Below, piece by piece: positions 10,934 through 23,061 of a stretch of 64,000 nt of DNA. This DNA is from Vicugna vicugna. Lineage: Eukaryota. Both the position numbers and the translations under genes were made by a program. The stretch is from assembly GCA_013265495.1 (NCBI GenBank), contig MU060796.1:997104-1061103 (forward strand), read 5' to 3'. Under the pieces are notes generated by a model that was not told the origin of the DNA, did not search any database, and saw only the letters and a list, made by a program, of their open reading frames with translations. Position 1 is the stretch's first letter, and each line of letters opens with the position of its first letter.

Positions 10934-12194
10934 ATTGACAGGGGCCAGAAGTGCGCCGACATTCCCTCCACCACCCATTCAATGGGTGGCTGCCCCAATT
11001 GTTCCCAAGCAGGGGCCACCACAATAAATGCTCGGGGTCCTTTCATGGGTACCCTGGACCAGCGCGAGAATCCAGAGAAAGCTGCACCACCAACTCCCAC
11101 TTTAAATTCCATCCATTTTAATAAAGTGCCGAGAGACCTCCAAGCAGCTTAAAATATTAAAGGTTTCTTTTAAACATCTGGAAGATAACATCTCATTACT
11201 AGATGGTGCTCGAGGTTATTAATATGTAATCAGAGCTAATCCCATCAACACAAACAAACAGCAAACAAAAGCCCTTCCCCGAGAAGCATCATCTCCTCAG
11301 AACACAGAAGAGCCCCCAACAGAGCTTCCAGGCGACACGGCCCCCCCAACCCCCATTCCCACCACAGCACAACCAGCTGGGTCCACATGCTGCCCCTGGA
11401 GGGGCAAACCCAGAAACGTTGACCTCCTGGCAGTCAGCAGGACAAGTCAGCCAAATAGATTGACTGCAAATGACTTGAGTCATCGAAGTTCAACCATGAA
11501 GGGAAATGAAAGCTCAGGAAATTTCACCTCCCTCTTCTATTTTTTTTTTTTTTATAAAAGGTGTTTTTGCTTTTCTCGAAAGGGTCAGAAATGTTGATCC
11601 CAAAGGTCTGAGCGGGAATATAAATGGATGTGGAGAAACTGGAAGCTGGGTCTGGGGGGAGCAGTGTGCTGAATGTCTCGTCAGGATCACTTGCCCGGCA
11701 CGTTACACACACATGCACGCGGGATGCCGAATTCGGCACCCCTCTCCTGCCAGGGCAATGGTTATTAAGGGTAACACGATCGGATGAGAAGGCAGCACAT
11801 GGGCAACCACAGAGCCCAGAGGAAACAGCTGTGCAGACAAATAAATGAAGGTCCTGCCTCCCTAAAAGGCACCCACAAGGCAGAGCCACATCCTTTGCAT
11901 TGTCCGAGGACAAGTCATTGCGGGTTCTCCAGCAGTCGGTGGTGTCAGCAAGGCTGGAGGAAAAAGTGATGACTTGCCGGCCCCAGGAAGAGGCTCCGGA
12001 AGCACCTCGCTGATGGAAGTCCACTTTAACCCTTCCATCCCTCCTTCTCTGACAGTGAAACTGAGACAAAGGAGCAGGTTGACCTCTCTTGAGTCATAGA
12101 AAAGACTAGAGTCAGGAGAAATAATAAGGACTTTCTCTCCAGATCCCCAAGGAAAATGGTCTGGTTCATTCTAGCAGTTAACTGTGGTGTAACA

Positions 12195-12570
12195 AACATC
12201 TTTTGAGCATCAGCAAGCAGTGTCCTAGGTGCTGGGTTATGTGATAATGAGAGACACAGCCCCTTTCTTTATTGGAAGAAGGAAATTCAACAGATAATGA
12301 CTCAAATAATGAATATTCTGAGAGCTACTATAAGGGAAAAAAAGAGGGTCTCCTAAGGAACGAAAACAGAGAGCTGCTCCAGTCTGGTGGGTTGGAAAAG
12401 GCTGAGTGGTAACCCCAGGTTGGGATGCTGGAGGGGTGCTGCTGTGAGTGGAGGTGGTCCAGGCAGTGGGAACAGCACGTGCAAAGGTCACACAACAAGA
12501 CGGGGCAGATGGCTTGGACTTACACAATAAGAACAAAATGATGGGGACAGGGTAGCAGAGAACTTCCATC
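12195..12570 (-). mobile_element. L2 LINE fragment
   Basis: aacaaacatcttttgagc...gtgtcctaggtgctggg ... gggaacagcacgtgcaaagg. Confidence 0.6.
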
Positions 12571-13094
12571 TCAGCAGCCTCAGTTTCTCCTCAAAGTTTA
12601 AACATCAGGGTCCAAACAGTGGGTGGGCACCCAAGGGTAGGGAATGGAGGGGCACACCACCATGGGCTTGTGGATTTAAGACTTCACTGCAGAGCCAAGT
12701 TAAAGAAGGGGGAGAGGGAGGGGAAGAAGACGATGGACAGGAGGGAGAGGGAGGAGGAAGAGGACTAGAAAAGCAAATTGGGTTATTCGGTACAGTCAGT
12801 CCTGACAAAGGTTGGAACAGAAATATCTGGAACTATCTGGAAGGTGGCGATCTATCCAATTTCTCATCCTGCTAGATCTGCCCTGGGGCAAAACACCCAC
12901 CAATAGCCTCTGGTTTGAGTTAATCCCATGGTGGGGGGAGGCGCGGAGAGCACTGCAAACAAACATGCATCACATTACCCAGTTTAGGGCTAAACTAAAA
13001 TTCTTGCTTCTAACCATCCACTGCTAAGCAGTTTTATTTATTAAAAGATAAAAGTAAAATCCACTAACTTGACTTCTATTGATAACTTAAATTT

Positions 13095-13310
13095 CCTCAT
13101 CGTTTTTCATGGGTCAGGCACCCTGCCACAAACTTCAGCCTCGTTTAATCCTCATGAAACAGAAAGTGCATATGATTATTATACCCATTTTATAGATGAG
13201 GAAACTGAAGCTCCAAGAAGCAACTTTAGGCAAAGTGACACACACCGCTGAGAAACGTGGATTCGGAATTTATACCCAGGTAGGCTGGCTCCAACTCCAG
13301 CATCCTTTCC
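13095..13310 (-). mobile_element. MIR SINE
   Basis: tttaatcctcatgaaac ... cccattttatagatgaggaaactgaagctc. Confidence 0.75.
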
Positions 13311-13590
13311 TTGAAAAATTGCACCCTTTTCCCTTTCTCCTGGGAGAGAGGAAATAAAGGAGATTCTACTTCCGTCCCATCACACTCAGCTCAGATGCCC
13401 ACTATGGTCTGGATGGAGCAACGCGGTTTGCCCAGAGACACGGCAAGGGGCCCGTTTCTGAGCCCCCGTGGGGTGAGCATCACCCAGGTTATAAGATGGA
13501 AGGACCGCTCTGTGCCCCATGGCTCGGCGCAGGGTGGCCCTGCTCTCTTTACTGAAAACATCTCAGTTAAATATGCAAGCGTGCTTAATT

Positions 13591-13738
13591 NNNNNNNNNN
13601 NNNNNNNNNNNNNNNNNNNNNNNNNNNNNNNNNNNNNNNNNNNNNNNNNNNNNNNNNNNNNNNNNNNNNNNNNNNNNNNNNNNNNNNNNNNNNNNNNNNN
13701 NNNNNNNNNNNNNNNNNNNNNNNNNNNNNNNNNNNNNN
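13591..13738. other. N-run, 148 nt
   Basis: Direct count; followed by a CpG-rich unique stretch. Confidence 0.99.
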
Positions 13739-14060
13739 GAGCAGGCCCGCGGTGGAGGCGGCGGGCCGAGCCGTCACTCAGCATCCGAGGGGGGAGAGTG
13801 ACAGCGGCAGCTGACGGCCCCTCCCGCGGCCTCCGGAGAGGCCCCCATGATAAAGCGTCCTGCTTTGTGGTGTAATCAACTTGCTATACATGCATTACCT
13901 CCTAATGAGCGCCGTGTTTAAACAAGTGTATAGAACACATCTGTCCGGGCCTTGAGACTCCAGGCTGTGTGACCAATTTTAGCATCTGAAAGTTAAATTA
14001 ATGGTAAAGGGTTTAATTGTGAGTAAACAATGCCGCATTAAGGAGCAGTAAACACAGCAG
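13739..14060. promoter_or_regulatory. Candidate enhancer / conserved non-coding element
   Basis: 13 CpG in about 120 bp next to an N-run; FOX-type TGTTTAAACA (13915-13924), GTAAACA (14023, 14048); GATAAAG (13849); several TAAT cores. Function is inferred. Confidence 0.45.
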
Positions 14061-15234
14061 TGGGGACCCAGCGACCGGCTCTGGCATCACAGATGTGGCC
14101 GCCTCCGTGTGACCGTTAACAGTCTCCCCCCCGCCCGGACTTTCTGACAGTGTCTCGAAGCCCATTTGTCATCTAAATGGTCCATCCCCTTCTCAAACAT
14201 AATTTTGGCCCATGGTCCGTTCACGGGGCCGCGGGGTCTGTGTTCTTTGGAAGGTGGGCGAAAAAATCCCGAGGCAAGTGGGGAGGGTCTGGAGAAGATC
14301 CAGCTTCTACGATGAGGCGTAGGGTGGGACGGGAGGGGGACAGAGGCCCCCCTTATTTCCAGGCAATCAGCATCAGTCCGTAGCGGTGAGGCTGCCTTAG
14401 ACTCCAGGCTTCAATGGCATTGATTCCAAACCTGGTTTTAAAACACCCTAGGGTGTCTCCAGTGAACAAAGGATGCCTCGAAAGCAAATTAAGTTCCCTT
14501 TAATTAAAGATCATAACGTACGCCACAGAACATTCCGTCACGGTAGGGGCAAGGAAGAGGCTGTCGCATAAAATAAAAGGGCTCCATGACTCAAAAAAAC
14601 TGAGCATTACACAGCGAGGGCTCTGTGCCTTTCCCGTGCAGTGACAGCTGGCATCGCCGCCACCTTGGTAACTGGGTCTGGCCATCCGTGGGTGCGGCAG
14701 CGCGGACGGGCTCGCCCCATCGGAGCATACTGAGAGTGAAGGCTTGGCTTCAGGAAGGAGATGGACACTGGTTTGGTCCTCTTCGTCTTTCTCTCTATCA
14801 CCTGCAACCTGGTCAGGTGGGAGACGTCTCAGGGGACCAGGCCCTGGGAAGGGGTAATTCTGAGGATGCCAAGGGCTCAGGATGATGCTCTCCTGAGGGG
14901 CATGGCATCTCTCTGCACCTTTAGCTGTCCACACCTGGGAAGGCCTGCAGCCAGTAACTCAGCCAATGAGAACTTCCCTTTCCTTTGCCCTCCCTGCAAC
15001 TTGAACAAAAGAGTGTGCCGGGCAGCCCAGCCCTCCTTGGAAAGACACCCCATCGGGGATCGGCAGGCCTGAAGCCTCAGCTGTGAAGAGGGGCCCTTGG
15101 TTTCCTCTCCCGTGTGTCTCTCTAGGACCTTCCAGGAAGGGGGCTGATAGTGGCCAAGATCCAGTGTCAAAGGCATTAGGCTTCTCTCTCTCTTCCTTTA
15201 AATGTAGAGGTGTGTGGTTTCAAAGACAAAATAG

Positions 15235-15425
15235 TCCTGTGGCTGCACACCCAGACTCCAGGGCCAGTCAAATCCTGGCTCTGCTGCTTTCACCTCTTTG
15301 TGAGCCTCAATGTCTTCATCTGTGAAATGGGCTGTTGAGGGGATTGAATCCTTTTGTACACATAGAGGGCTTCCAACAGTCTGTGGCACAGAGTAAGTGC
15401 TCAGTAAATGTCAGACGCTATTGTG
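15235..15425 (+). mobile_element. MIR SINE
   Basis: caaatcctggctctgc ... gagcctcaatgtcttcatctgtgaaatggg ... gtaagtgctcagtaaatgt. Confidence 0.75.
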
Positions 15426-17710
15426 ATGGGTGTGTGACGGGTACCCCTTTTAATGAGACTTAATCTAGCTGACAGGCAGGAAGAGCTCGAGGAAAAGCAG
15501 GCCCACCGTCATGTCTGGGTCACCCTGAGCCACTAGGCTCCTAGTTGGCCGGGGTGCAGGCGCACTAAGCCTGCTTCTCTGCACTGCCTGGTCCACCCTT
15601 CTCGGCACCGAGGACCCACAGCAGCCCTGACCCTCTGGCCAGCAGCTGTGGATGTGAGGGCACCATCCCTGCCTAACAGTCCACACTGGTCAGGTCTCCA
15701 GCGCTCAGTTCCCAAGAACTGGTAAGTAACATCTCACCTCCTAAAACTAGCTCCGAGTCCTACCAGACCCCTAGCTCCAAGTTGTGTCCAAATTTCTTGG
15801 AAAGCTTTCCAACATGTTGACTTCTTTTCTATGTTCTGAATACAGGTAACCTCATGTTTCTATTTCTGATGCCCCTCTTGCTAAGGACTTTTTTGTCCTT
15901 TTTTAACCCTCACTGGCTTTCTATATTTGGGCTGGGCAGATCTGTGTACCTCCTGGAGACCCCAGAAATTCTAAACATGAGCGGTGAGAGTTCACTGAAT
16001 GGGGGCGCTAGGGGACCGGCCTGCAGTGGCTTTGAGAGCAACAGATGGTGGAGGAGGAGGGAAGGGCAGAGGGAGGGGGTGGGGGATAGGGTGGAAGATT
16101 TCTGCTGAAACCCTCTTCCCCCATTCTCCACTCCTGCTCCAGGCCACCCTTTTGGTGCCAATCTACAGAAGCTCTGGTGTCTTCAAAAGAGGTCCAAGAA
16201 ATTATTGCCTTGCTTTGCTGTAGAAATAATGGATTTCTGTTGCCACTGAAACAATGTTGCCAAGTTTTTGCTATTGTCTCTCGGTTTGAAATTATTCCTA
16301 GTTCAACAGGTGCCCCGTCTTGTCCCATCTCTGACAACCAAGCCCCTGGTGTGAGGGATGGAGATTAACCAGGTTGAGATGCCCCATGTGTGACGGAGGA
16401 GGCCTTCAGTGTTTCCAGGTAGCCAGAACCAGAGCGCATCACCCACCTGCAACCTGGCACGCTGTCTGCTCCTGCCAGTTCCAGCCTAGTCACCCAGAGA
16501 AGGTAGAATTAGTGCAACTTAGTGCAACCTGGGGTTTCAGCAATAGCTTGTAGGCATGCAAAAGATGTTCGTAGTCCCTGAGAAATGGGAGGAAATTTGG
16601 AAACCCTCTCCTTCAATGATTTATCCCCCAAAACTTTTCTCTGCTGTGAAATTCTAACTTCAGATGAAATCTTCTGCAGAGATTAGGAGCAGAGCCCTAA
16701 CCCCCAGACCTCAGTTCCCACCGTGATGCACCTTGCAGCACATCTGCTGTGGTTTTCACCACCGAAGAGGGCTGAGAATCACCACATCTTGTCTGATTCC
16801 ATTTGCTGGTTGAGAAGACTGGGGCCCAGAGAGGTGCATAGACTAGTGGGAAATGAAACAGCAATCAGCGGACAGACATCTCAAACCCACCTGCAGTGGC
16901 CCGGGGGTAAAATACACACCCACCCCAAACACCGTCGTCTTCATTGTTCTCTGCGGCCCAACCCAGTGTTGGTTGTCCCTCTCCCCCACCCAGACGTTTT
17001 GTCCAAGGGACACCCTGTGTATCTCTAAAAGGGAAATTCACTCATTTTCTGCCCCTCCCTTTTTTGTTTTTAAACACTGGCCCCGGATTCAGCCATTCTA
17101 AGTAGGAAAGGAAAAAAACATAACCCACTGAGGCAACAGATGCGGCTTTCCTCCCTCCTCTGTGACTCGAGTTTAGTTTGCCTTTCAAGCCCATTTTCAC
17201 CACTTATTGATTTTAGTTTTCTCCTGGTCTATGAATGACAACTTGAATTAAGACAACACGGGCTGAGAAGCCACGAGGCAGTGCTAAATGATGTCCTCTG
17301 CTTCATGGTGAGACACCTCACGACCGCGCAGTCTCCTGCCCACCCCCGGTCTCCCCAGGAGCTGGCGCGGGGTCCAGGGCGGTCGGGATGAAGGGAGAGC
17401 CGGAATCGCACCTCCCAGCCGCCAGCCGCACAGACTCTTTACCGACAGAGAAGTGGCTTCTTAAGGGCCGAGGCTGTGTTTTTAATAAACAGCAGCTCCA
17501 GAACAGCCAAAAGATTCAACCCTGCCACCGCCTCCACCCAGCAGAAAAATAAACCTAAGTGTTCTAGTTGCTCCGGACTCAACAATTGCAGAAAGAAAAC
17601 CCACCAAATCAGCCTTAAGTAACTCAACTCTCCCGTCTTCCAAAGCTCTTCACCTCGGACAACCTTCAGACAGAAATGCCCTTTTATGACACCTTAAAAG
17701 TTACACTGAT

Positions 17711-17857
17711 GTGGGGGAGAGTATAGCTCAAGTGGTAGGGCACATGCTTAGCATATACAGGGTCCTGGTTCAATTCCCAGTACCTTCTCTAAAAATTAAA
17801 TAAATAAGTAAATCTAATTACCCCCTAAATTTTTTTAAAATAAATAAGACATTTTTC
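17711..17857 (+). mobile_element. Camelid tRNA-Ala-derived SINE, more diverged copy
   Basis: gggggagagtatagctcaagtggtagggcacatgcttagcat...ggttcaattcccagtacc; TSD aaaagttacactga (17696-17709) / agaagttgcactga (17858-17871). Confidence 0.9.
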
Positions 17858-17879
17858 AGAAGTTGCACTGAGGATATGT

Positions 17880-18250
17880 CCTAAATCTCAATCTGTACGT
17901 AAAATTTTTTAAAAAAACTTAACACACACCCTTTGATTCAGAAACTGTATTTTTGTCAGTGCATCTTAAGAACATAACCAGGTCAGTGAATAATGTTCAC
18001 AGAAGGACATGAATCGCAGCGCTGGTCGTGATGGAAGTGGACAAAATCTAAAGATGTGGCAAGAGGGAATTGGTAAATAGCTTTTGGTAAATCTGTTCAA
18101 CTAAATACTCTGCAGTCATTTAAAATGAGGATGCTGAACAATATTTATTTACCTGCAGAGATGTTCTCAATACATATTGCTAAGCAGGTAAGAAAGTTAA
18201 GAAGCCACATGTATAGCCCAATTCTTGAAAAGCAAAACAAAACAAAATCT
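17880..18250 (+). mobile_element. Old L1 (L1ME-like) 3' fragment
   Basis: aaatctaaagatgtggcaagagggaattggtaaata ... aaatactctgcagtcatttaaaatg. Confidence 0.55.
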
Positions 18251-19299
18251 TCATGGAACTCTTCTTACTGTTATTTGCATAGAAAAAAAGAAAGAAAGAA
18301 AGAAAATTGAGGTAAGCCAAAACATTAAGCTTTGAGGAGGTTTTAATTCCCTCCTGATTTCTGAATTTATTCATTCATAATCGGGGGGTGGGGGAAATGA
18401 AGCAAGGTTCCTGTGGGCAGCAGACTTGCACGGGCCGAAGGATGGCCTCAAATCGTGCTCCCAGCTTTCTGATGTCCCCCGAAGACAGCTCCTGCCATGT
18501 CATATGTGGAGCTCAAACAGCACCAGCACAACAAACACAGGCCACTTCGCATTTTCTCGTATCTTCCCACAGCCAGCAGGAGGCACTGCATGGGTTAGAG
18601 TTAGGAAAGCCCCTTCTCACAGTCATTTCGGAACGCAAGAAGTTGGAATCTTTTCTCTTGACCAAATCGGCAGAGAAGACAGAGGCTGAGAGAGAGAGGG
18701 AGGCCGAGAGGCTGACTGAGTCTAACTCAACATCAGGACCAGGAGCAAAGCTCATCTCAGTGGCTTCACTGTATCCCCAAAGCCAGAGATCCAAGCTCCT
18801 GAGTGAGGATCAGACTGATAGAAGACCTCTCCCATCAAAAAAGCTCCCAAGAAGATATTTCTAACTCGCTCTGGGGTCATGGACAAATTTGGGACTCTGA
18901 TGGAAACTATAATCCTCTCCCAGAGAAAGACGAGTGAATTGAATTTTGCACACAGTTCAGGGGCTTTGGGGCCATCCATGGGCCTTCTGTGGGTGACCAT
19001 GGGTCAGGAAGTCATGAGAAGGCTCTAATCCATGGGGACCTGTCTTATTTTTCACTCAGCACCAATCTCCCGTTTTGCTAAATGCTCACCCACACGCTTC
19101 GCATCCACCACCAAGTTCCAGCCTCCTTAAAGGCAGGGCATGGGGACTCCCTGGAGCAGGCCAGATGAAGGCCAAGAGGGGGAGGGGGAGATGACGGGGA
19201 GGCTGGGAGCAGAGGAGTGGAGGTGGCTGAGCCCACCCCCACTCCCCCAGCACAACACCTTCTGCTCTGACACCGAGGGTGCCATCTCATCACTCCACA

Positions 19300-20730
19300 G
19301 CTGCCTGGAGGGACTCCCTCACAAGCAAGAGCATCTTATGTGTTTTGCAAGGGTGTTAAAGAGGGCAATTAAAGGGTCCCACAAGTCAGACCTCACGCAC
19401 GATCCTTCCAGATTGGAGGCCCTGCCTTTCTGGGGCCAGCAACAAAAGGTGTTAATAGCCTGATGAGGAGCTCGTGCTGATAGATGGCCCATTATGGTGA
19501 TCGCTCTTGTGCGAATGGCAAATAGGTTTGATCAATTAGATTTTAATGTAAAGTGGGGCCTGGGGGAGAAAAACAGCAACCGAGAGAGGGAAGACCCTTT
19601 GTTACTAATGTGTCTGAAAAAAGCACTTAATTGAGGTCATAATAATATTAGCAGTTCTCATCATCAATAATTCAGCCTTATTTATTACTAGCCGATAAAG
19701 TCCTGTCAGGTAGGGAATATAGGGGGCTTTTGTTAAAGACAGGATCCATGGGATTTCCTCTCCCTCTCTTTCTCACCAGCCACAGCCCCTGGACCACAGA
19801 ACATCTAACTCAAGATCCTCTACATAAAAATGGATGACGGGAAGATAGAAGTTTGCCGCGAGGTACAAGTTAACCCCGCTCCTGTATTCCCCTACTCCAA
19901 ACAAACAAAAAAACATTTACAACCTTTTTTCTGAAACAGTCGCCAACTAATTTTGCTGAAGAAATCTGTCAGGAGAAAAACAAATCCTAGTCTCGCCTGA
20001 TTTAGGGCCCTGAAGGATGACATAAATTCTGCCTTTTCACACACTTTCAGTCACCTGTGGTTTGTTATCTTTGAGAGCAAAAAAAAGAGAAGGCGAGGGA
20101 GAGCGGGTGCTAAATGAATGTATAATTGTACGATTAAAGATGCGAGCACCAGTGTTCAAATTTAAAATGTATTAGTCTCATAAAACCGCCTCATTAGTCT
20201 CTGTGTCTTAAAGGACATACTCGTCCATAATGAGGCAAACGCAGGAAATGGCACAGGGGTGAGAGCAAGGGGAAGGAGGAGATATTTGAGCTGGTTGCCA
20301 TTTCATTTTTCAGAAAAGGGGGAGGAAAAAACACTTAATAAAGATAATTGGGCTGGTCATGCCTGTTCCCATCTGGAATCGCAACACAGACAGACCCCAG
20401 GGCAGACGATCGGTCATTAACCAGGAAAATAACCTATTTGGAAAGGGATCCGTTTGTTTTATAAATGATGCTCCACTTTAGAACAGCTTAACCGCAATCA
20501 TAATAAAAGTTCCTCGAAAACCCAGCCAGGGGACGGGGCTGAAATATCGATCCGGCTTCTGCTGATAGTGGCTGGACCTGGCTTCCGCCTTGCTGGCAGG
20601 AAACAGCTTTTGAAGTTCTGCTTTTCTCTCTTTCTTTTTTTTTTTTTTTCCCCAAGTCTAAATAGAATTTAAACTGCCCTTCGGTGATCAGTGGCTATTA
20701 GCGGCCTTGGTTAGGAAATACCGAGTGGCG
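19300..20730. promoter_or_regulatory. Repeat-free block rich in homeodomain-type motifs (candidate enhancer cluster)
   Basis: No recognisable repeat over about 1.4 kb; TAATTG/CAATTA, CACTTAA x2, CTCATAAAA, CTGTCA, GATAAA, AGGTCA. Function is inferred. Confidence 0.4.
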
Positions 20731-20932
20731 GGGTCAGAAAAGGTGGCCCAGGTTGAGGATGGAAGGGGGTGAGGAGGCCCCGAGCGGAGGGGAAGGGAGG
20801 TCAGCTCTGAGCTCAGTAAGTGGGAAACGGATTGCTGCAGTGGGGCCGTCCTGGTCTGCCAGGCAGCCCAGGGACAAGGACTTGGAAGGATTAATTCGTC
20901 CCAAGCCCCAGCCTGGCCATTGTGCTATCCCC

Positions 20933-20933
<1 letters not shown>

Positions 20934-20973
<40 letters not shown>
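20934..20973. repeat. (AC)20 microsatellite
   Basis: Perfect dinucleotide run, counted directly. Confidence 0.98.
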
Positions 20974-20975
<2 letters not shown>

Positions 20976-21288
20976 CAGAGGCAGTCAGAAAAGTCATTCA
21001 TTGAGGCCGAATTGGAATTGTATAGATCAAGGCGATGAGGAGAAGCCCGGTGGGGCCCTGATGGAGCAGACAAGGGGGAGCGATGACTATAATTAGAAGT
21101 CAGGTTTCAGTGGCAAAGCTCCCCTGATCCACCTATTTCCAAGGAAGGCTGCTTAGCTGCTTAGGAGGGCGTGTGAAAGTGGGGTCTTCTGAGACAAAGG
21201 AAAACGGAGAGGTGGGGATGGGACCTCCATGCAACCTGCCTTCTAAGGATAAGGAGGGATCTGGGCTCTGAAGGCTCCAAGTCTACAC

Positions 21289-21553
21289 CAGGGATTCTCC
21301 ATCGGGGCGATTTTACCCCCTGCCCCCTCCTCCTGCCAACCACTGCAGGGGACATTTGGCAATGTCAGGGGACTTTTAGGGCCGTGACAGTGGGGGTGCG
21401 GGGCAAGGGGCTGTTGACATCTATGGTGTAGAGGCCAGGGAAGATGCTGAACATCCCAGAGTGTACAGGACAGCCTCCCCACCACCCCCCACCCACCCAC
21501 ACGGCAGAATCATCGAGCCGCAATGTCAACAGTGCCAAGACTGAGAAGCTCTC
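21289..21553 (+). mobile_element. MER20 hAT-Charlie DNA transposon
   Basis: cagggattctccatcggggcgattttacccc ... ggggacatttggcaatgtc ... tagaggccaggga ... aatgtcaacagtgccaagactgagaa. Confidence 0.85.
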
Positions 21554-21859
21554 TCTGACTCACACCCCACCCCCTATCTACTCAGAGCTCACTCACTGAA
21601 AAAAAAAATCTGACTCTCCAGTTCACTCTGGTCCCCATAACGCCAGCCTCTGCCCTCACACCCGACTCCCTCCGTTTCCCTTCAGTTTCACCGGTTAACG
21701 TGTTCCAGAACAAAACGTCTTCCTTTAGAGGATCTCAGGAACAGAGTTCCAGACATCACTGCCTTAAGGTGTTGGTCTCAGCCTGGCAGCTGAAGTTCTA
21801 AAGAGGGAGAAGATTCATCTGTGACACGGGACCCACGTGCTCTCCATCTCATGACATGA

Positions 21860-21992
21860 TGTCCTCCACAAGGTCACATCTTGATGGCACCGTCTGTAAA
21901 ATGGGTATAATAATGGTGCTGCCTCCTAGGATTGTGAGGAGGAAATGAGAAAATGTTTAGCCCAGCACCAGGCTTGTATTAGGTGCTCAAAA
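21860..21992 (+). mobile_element. MIR fragment
   Basis: tctgtaaaatgggtataataatggtgctgcctcctaggattgtgaggagg. Confidence 0.7.
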
Positions 21993-22100
21993 AGGAATAG
22001 AGGATGAGAGAGGAATAGAGGATGAGAGAGAAAAAGGGAAGGACAGAGAGAGAGAGAAGGGGGAGGGGGAAGAAGAGAGAGAAAGGAAGAGAGAGAGAGC
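21993..22100. repeat. Purine-rich low-complexity tract with an 18-bp tandem duplication
   Basis: aggaatagaggatgagag x2 (21993-22028), then (GA)-rich sequence. Confidence 0.8.
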
Positions 22101-22380
22101 ATGTGTTGGCTTCCAACTGGTGTCAGGCACTGTACTGACAAAAATCGCCACCACCACAAGAGCCCACCAGGTGTCCATCACCCATCAAGGGACAGCTGCC
22201 ATTTTCTAATCATAAAGAATAAAGCTAATGCACAGAGCTCTTTGGAATTATCATCTCCATCATCTGCAAAGCTGAAGTGTGTGTCTCAGCAAAGCCCCGT
22301 CCACCTTTCCCCTCTTTTCTCTACCTTGATTCTAGAAAGAGAAGGGGGAGGGTGGGGCATGGCCTTACCAAATTTCTCCC

Positions 22381-22632
22381 NNNNNNNNNNNNNNNNNNNN
22401 NNNNNNNNNNNNNNNNNNNNNNNNNNNNNNNNNNNNNNNNNNNNNNNNNNNNNNNNNNNNNNNNNNNNNNNNNNNNNNNNNNNNNNNNNNNNNNNNNNNN
22501 NNNNNNNNNNNNNNNNNNNNNNNNNNNNNNNNNNNNNNNNNNNNNNNNNNNNNNNNNNNNNNNNNNNNNNNNNNNNNNNNNNNNNNNNNNNNNNNNNNNN
22601 NNNNNNNNNNNNNNNNNNNNNNNNNNNNNNNN
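22381..22632. other. N-run, 252 nt
   Basis: Direct count. Confidence 0.99.
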
Positions 22633-22869
22633 GCTGGGGGAAAAAAGGGGAAAAAAAAGTTACCATTAACATTTTTATTTCTTTAAAAAAAAAAAAAACA
22701 ACACACATAGCAGTCTCTTTTTAATGAGTGTGTTCACAACCTCTTTTTGAACCATTACCAGGGCTCCATAGGACACCAGGTGAAGTGATGGAAGCTGTGA
22801 GGCTTACTGACAAGAGAAGCAAGGTGGGAGGAAATTGCATCACCCACCCCCCCATCCCCCCCCAACCTC

Positions 22870-23041
22870 NNNNNNNNNNNNNNNNNNNNNNNNNNNNNNN
22901 NNNNNNNNNNNNNNNNNNNNNNNNNNNNNNNNNNNNNNNNNNNNNNNNNNNNNNNNNNNNNNNNNNNNNNNNNNNNNNNNNNNNNNNNNNNNNNNNNNNN
23001 NNNNNNNNNNNNNNNNNNNNNNNNNNNNNNNNNNNNNNNNN
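22870..23041. other. N-run, 172 nt
   Basis: Direct count; separated from the next run by a 20-nt island. Confidence 0.99.
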
Positions 23042-23061
23042 ATGAAAGCCGTTGCCTGCTG

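Noticed and set aside
11524-12069. 181-aa minus-strand ORF (likewise 32126-32686 and 62226-62732)
   Set aside because: No recognisable family and overlapping ORFs in other frames; consistent with random open frames.
14761-15072. ORF with a hydrophobic, signal-peptide-like N-terminus (MDTGLVLFVFLSITCNL)
   Set aside because: The hydrophobicity comes from a CT-rich tract; there is no promoter, splice or homology support.
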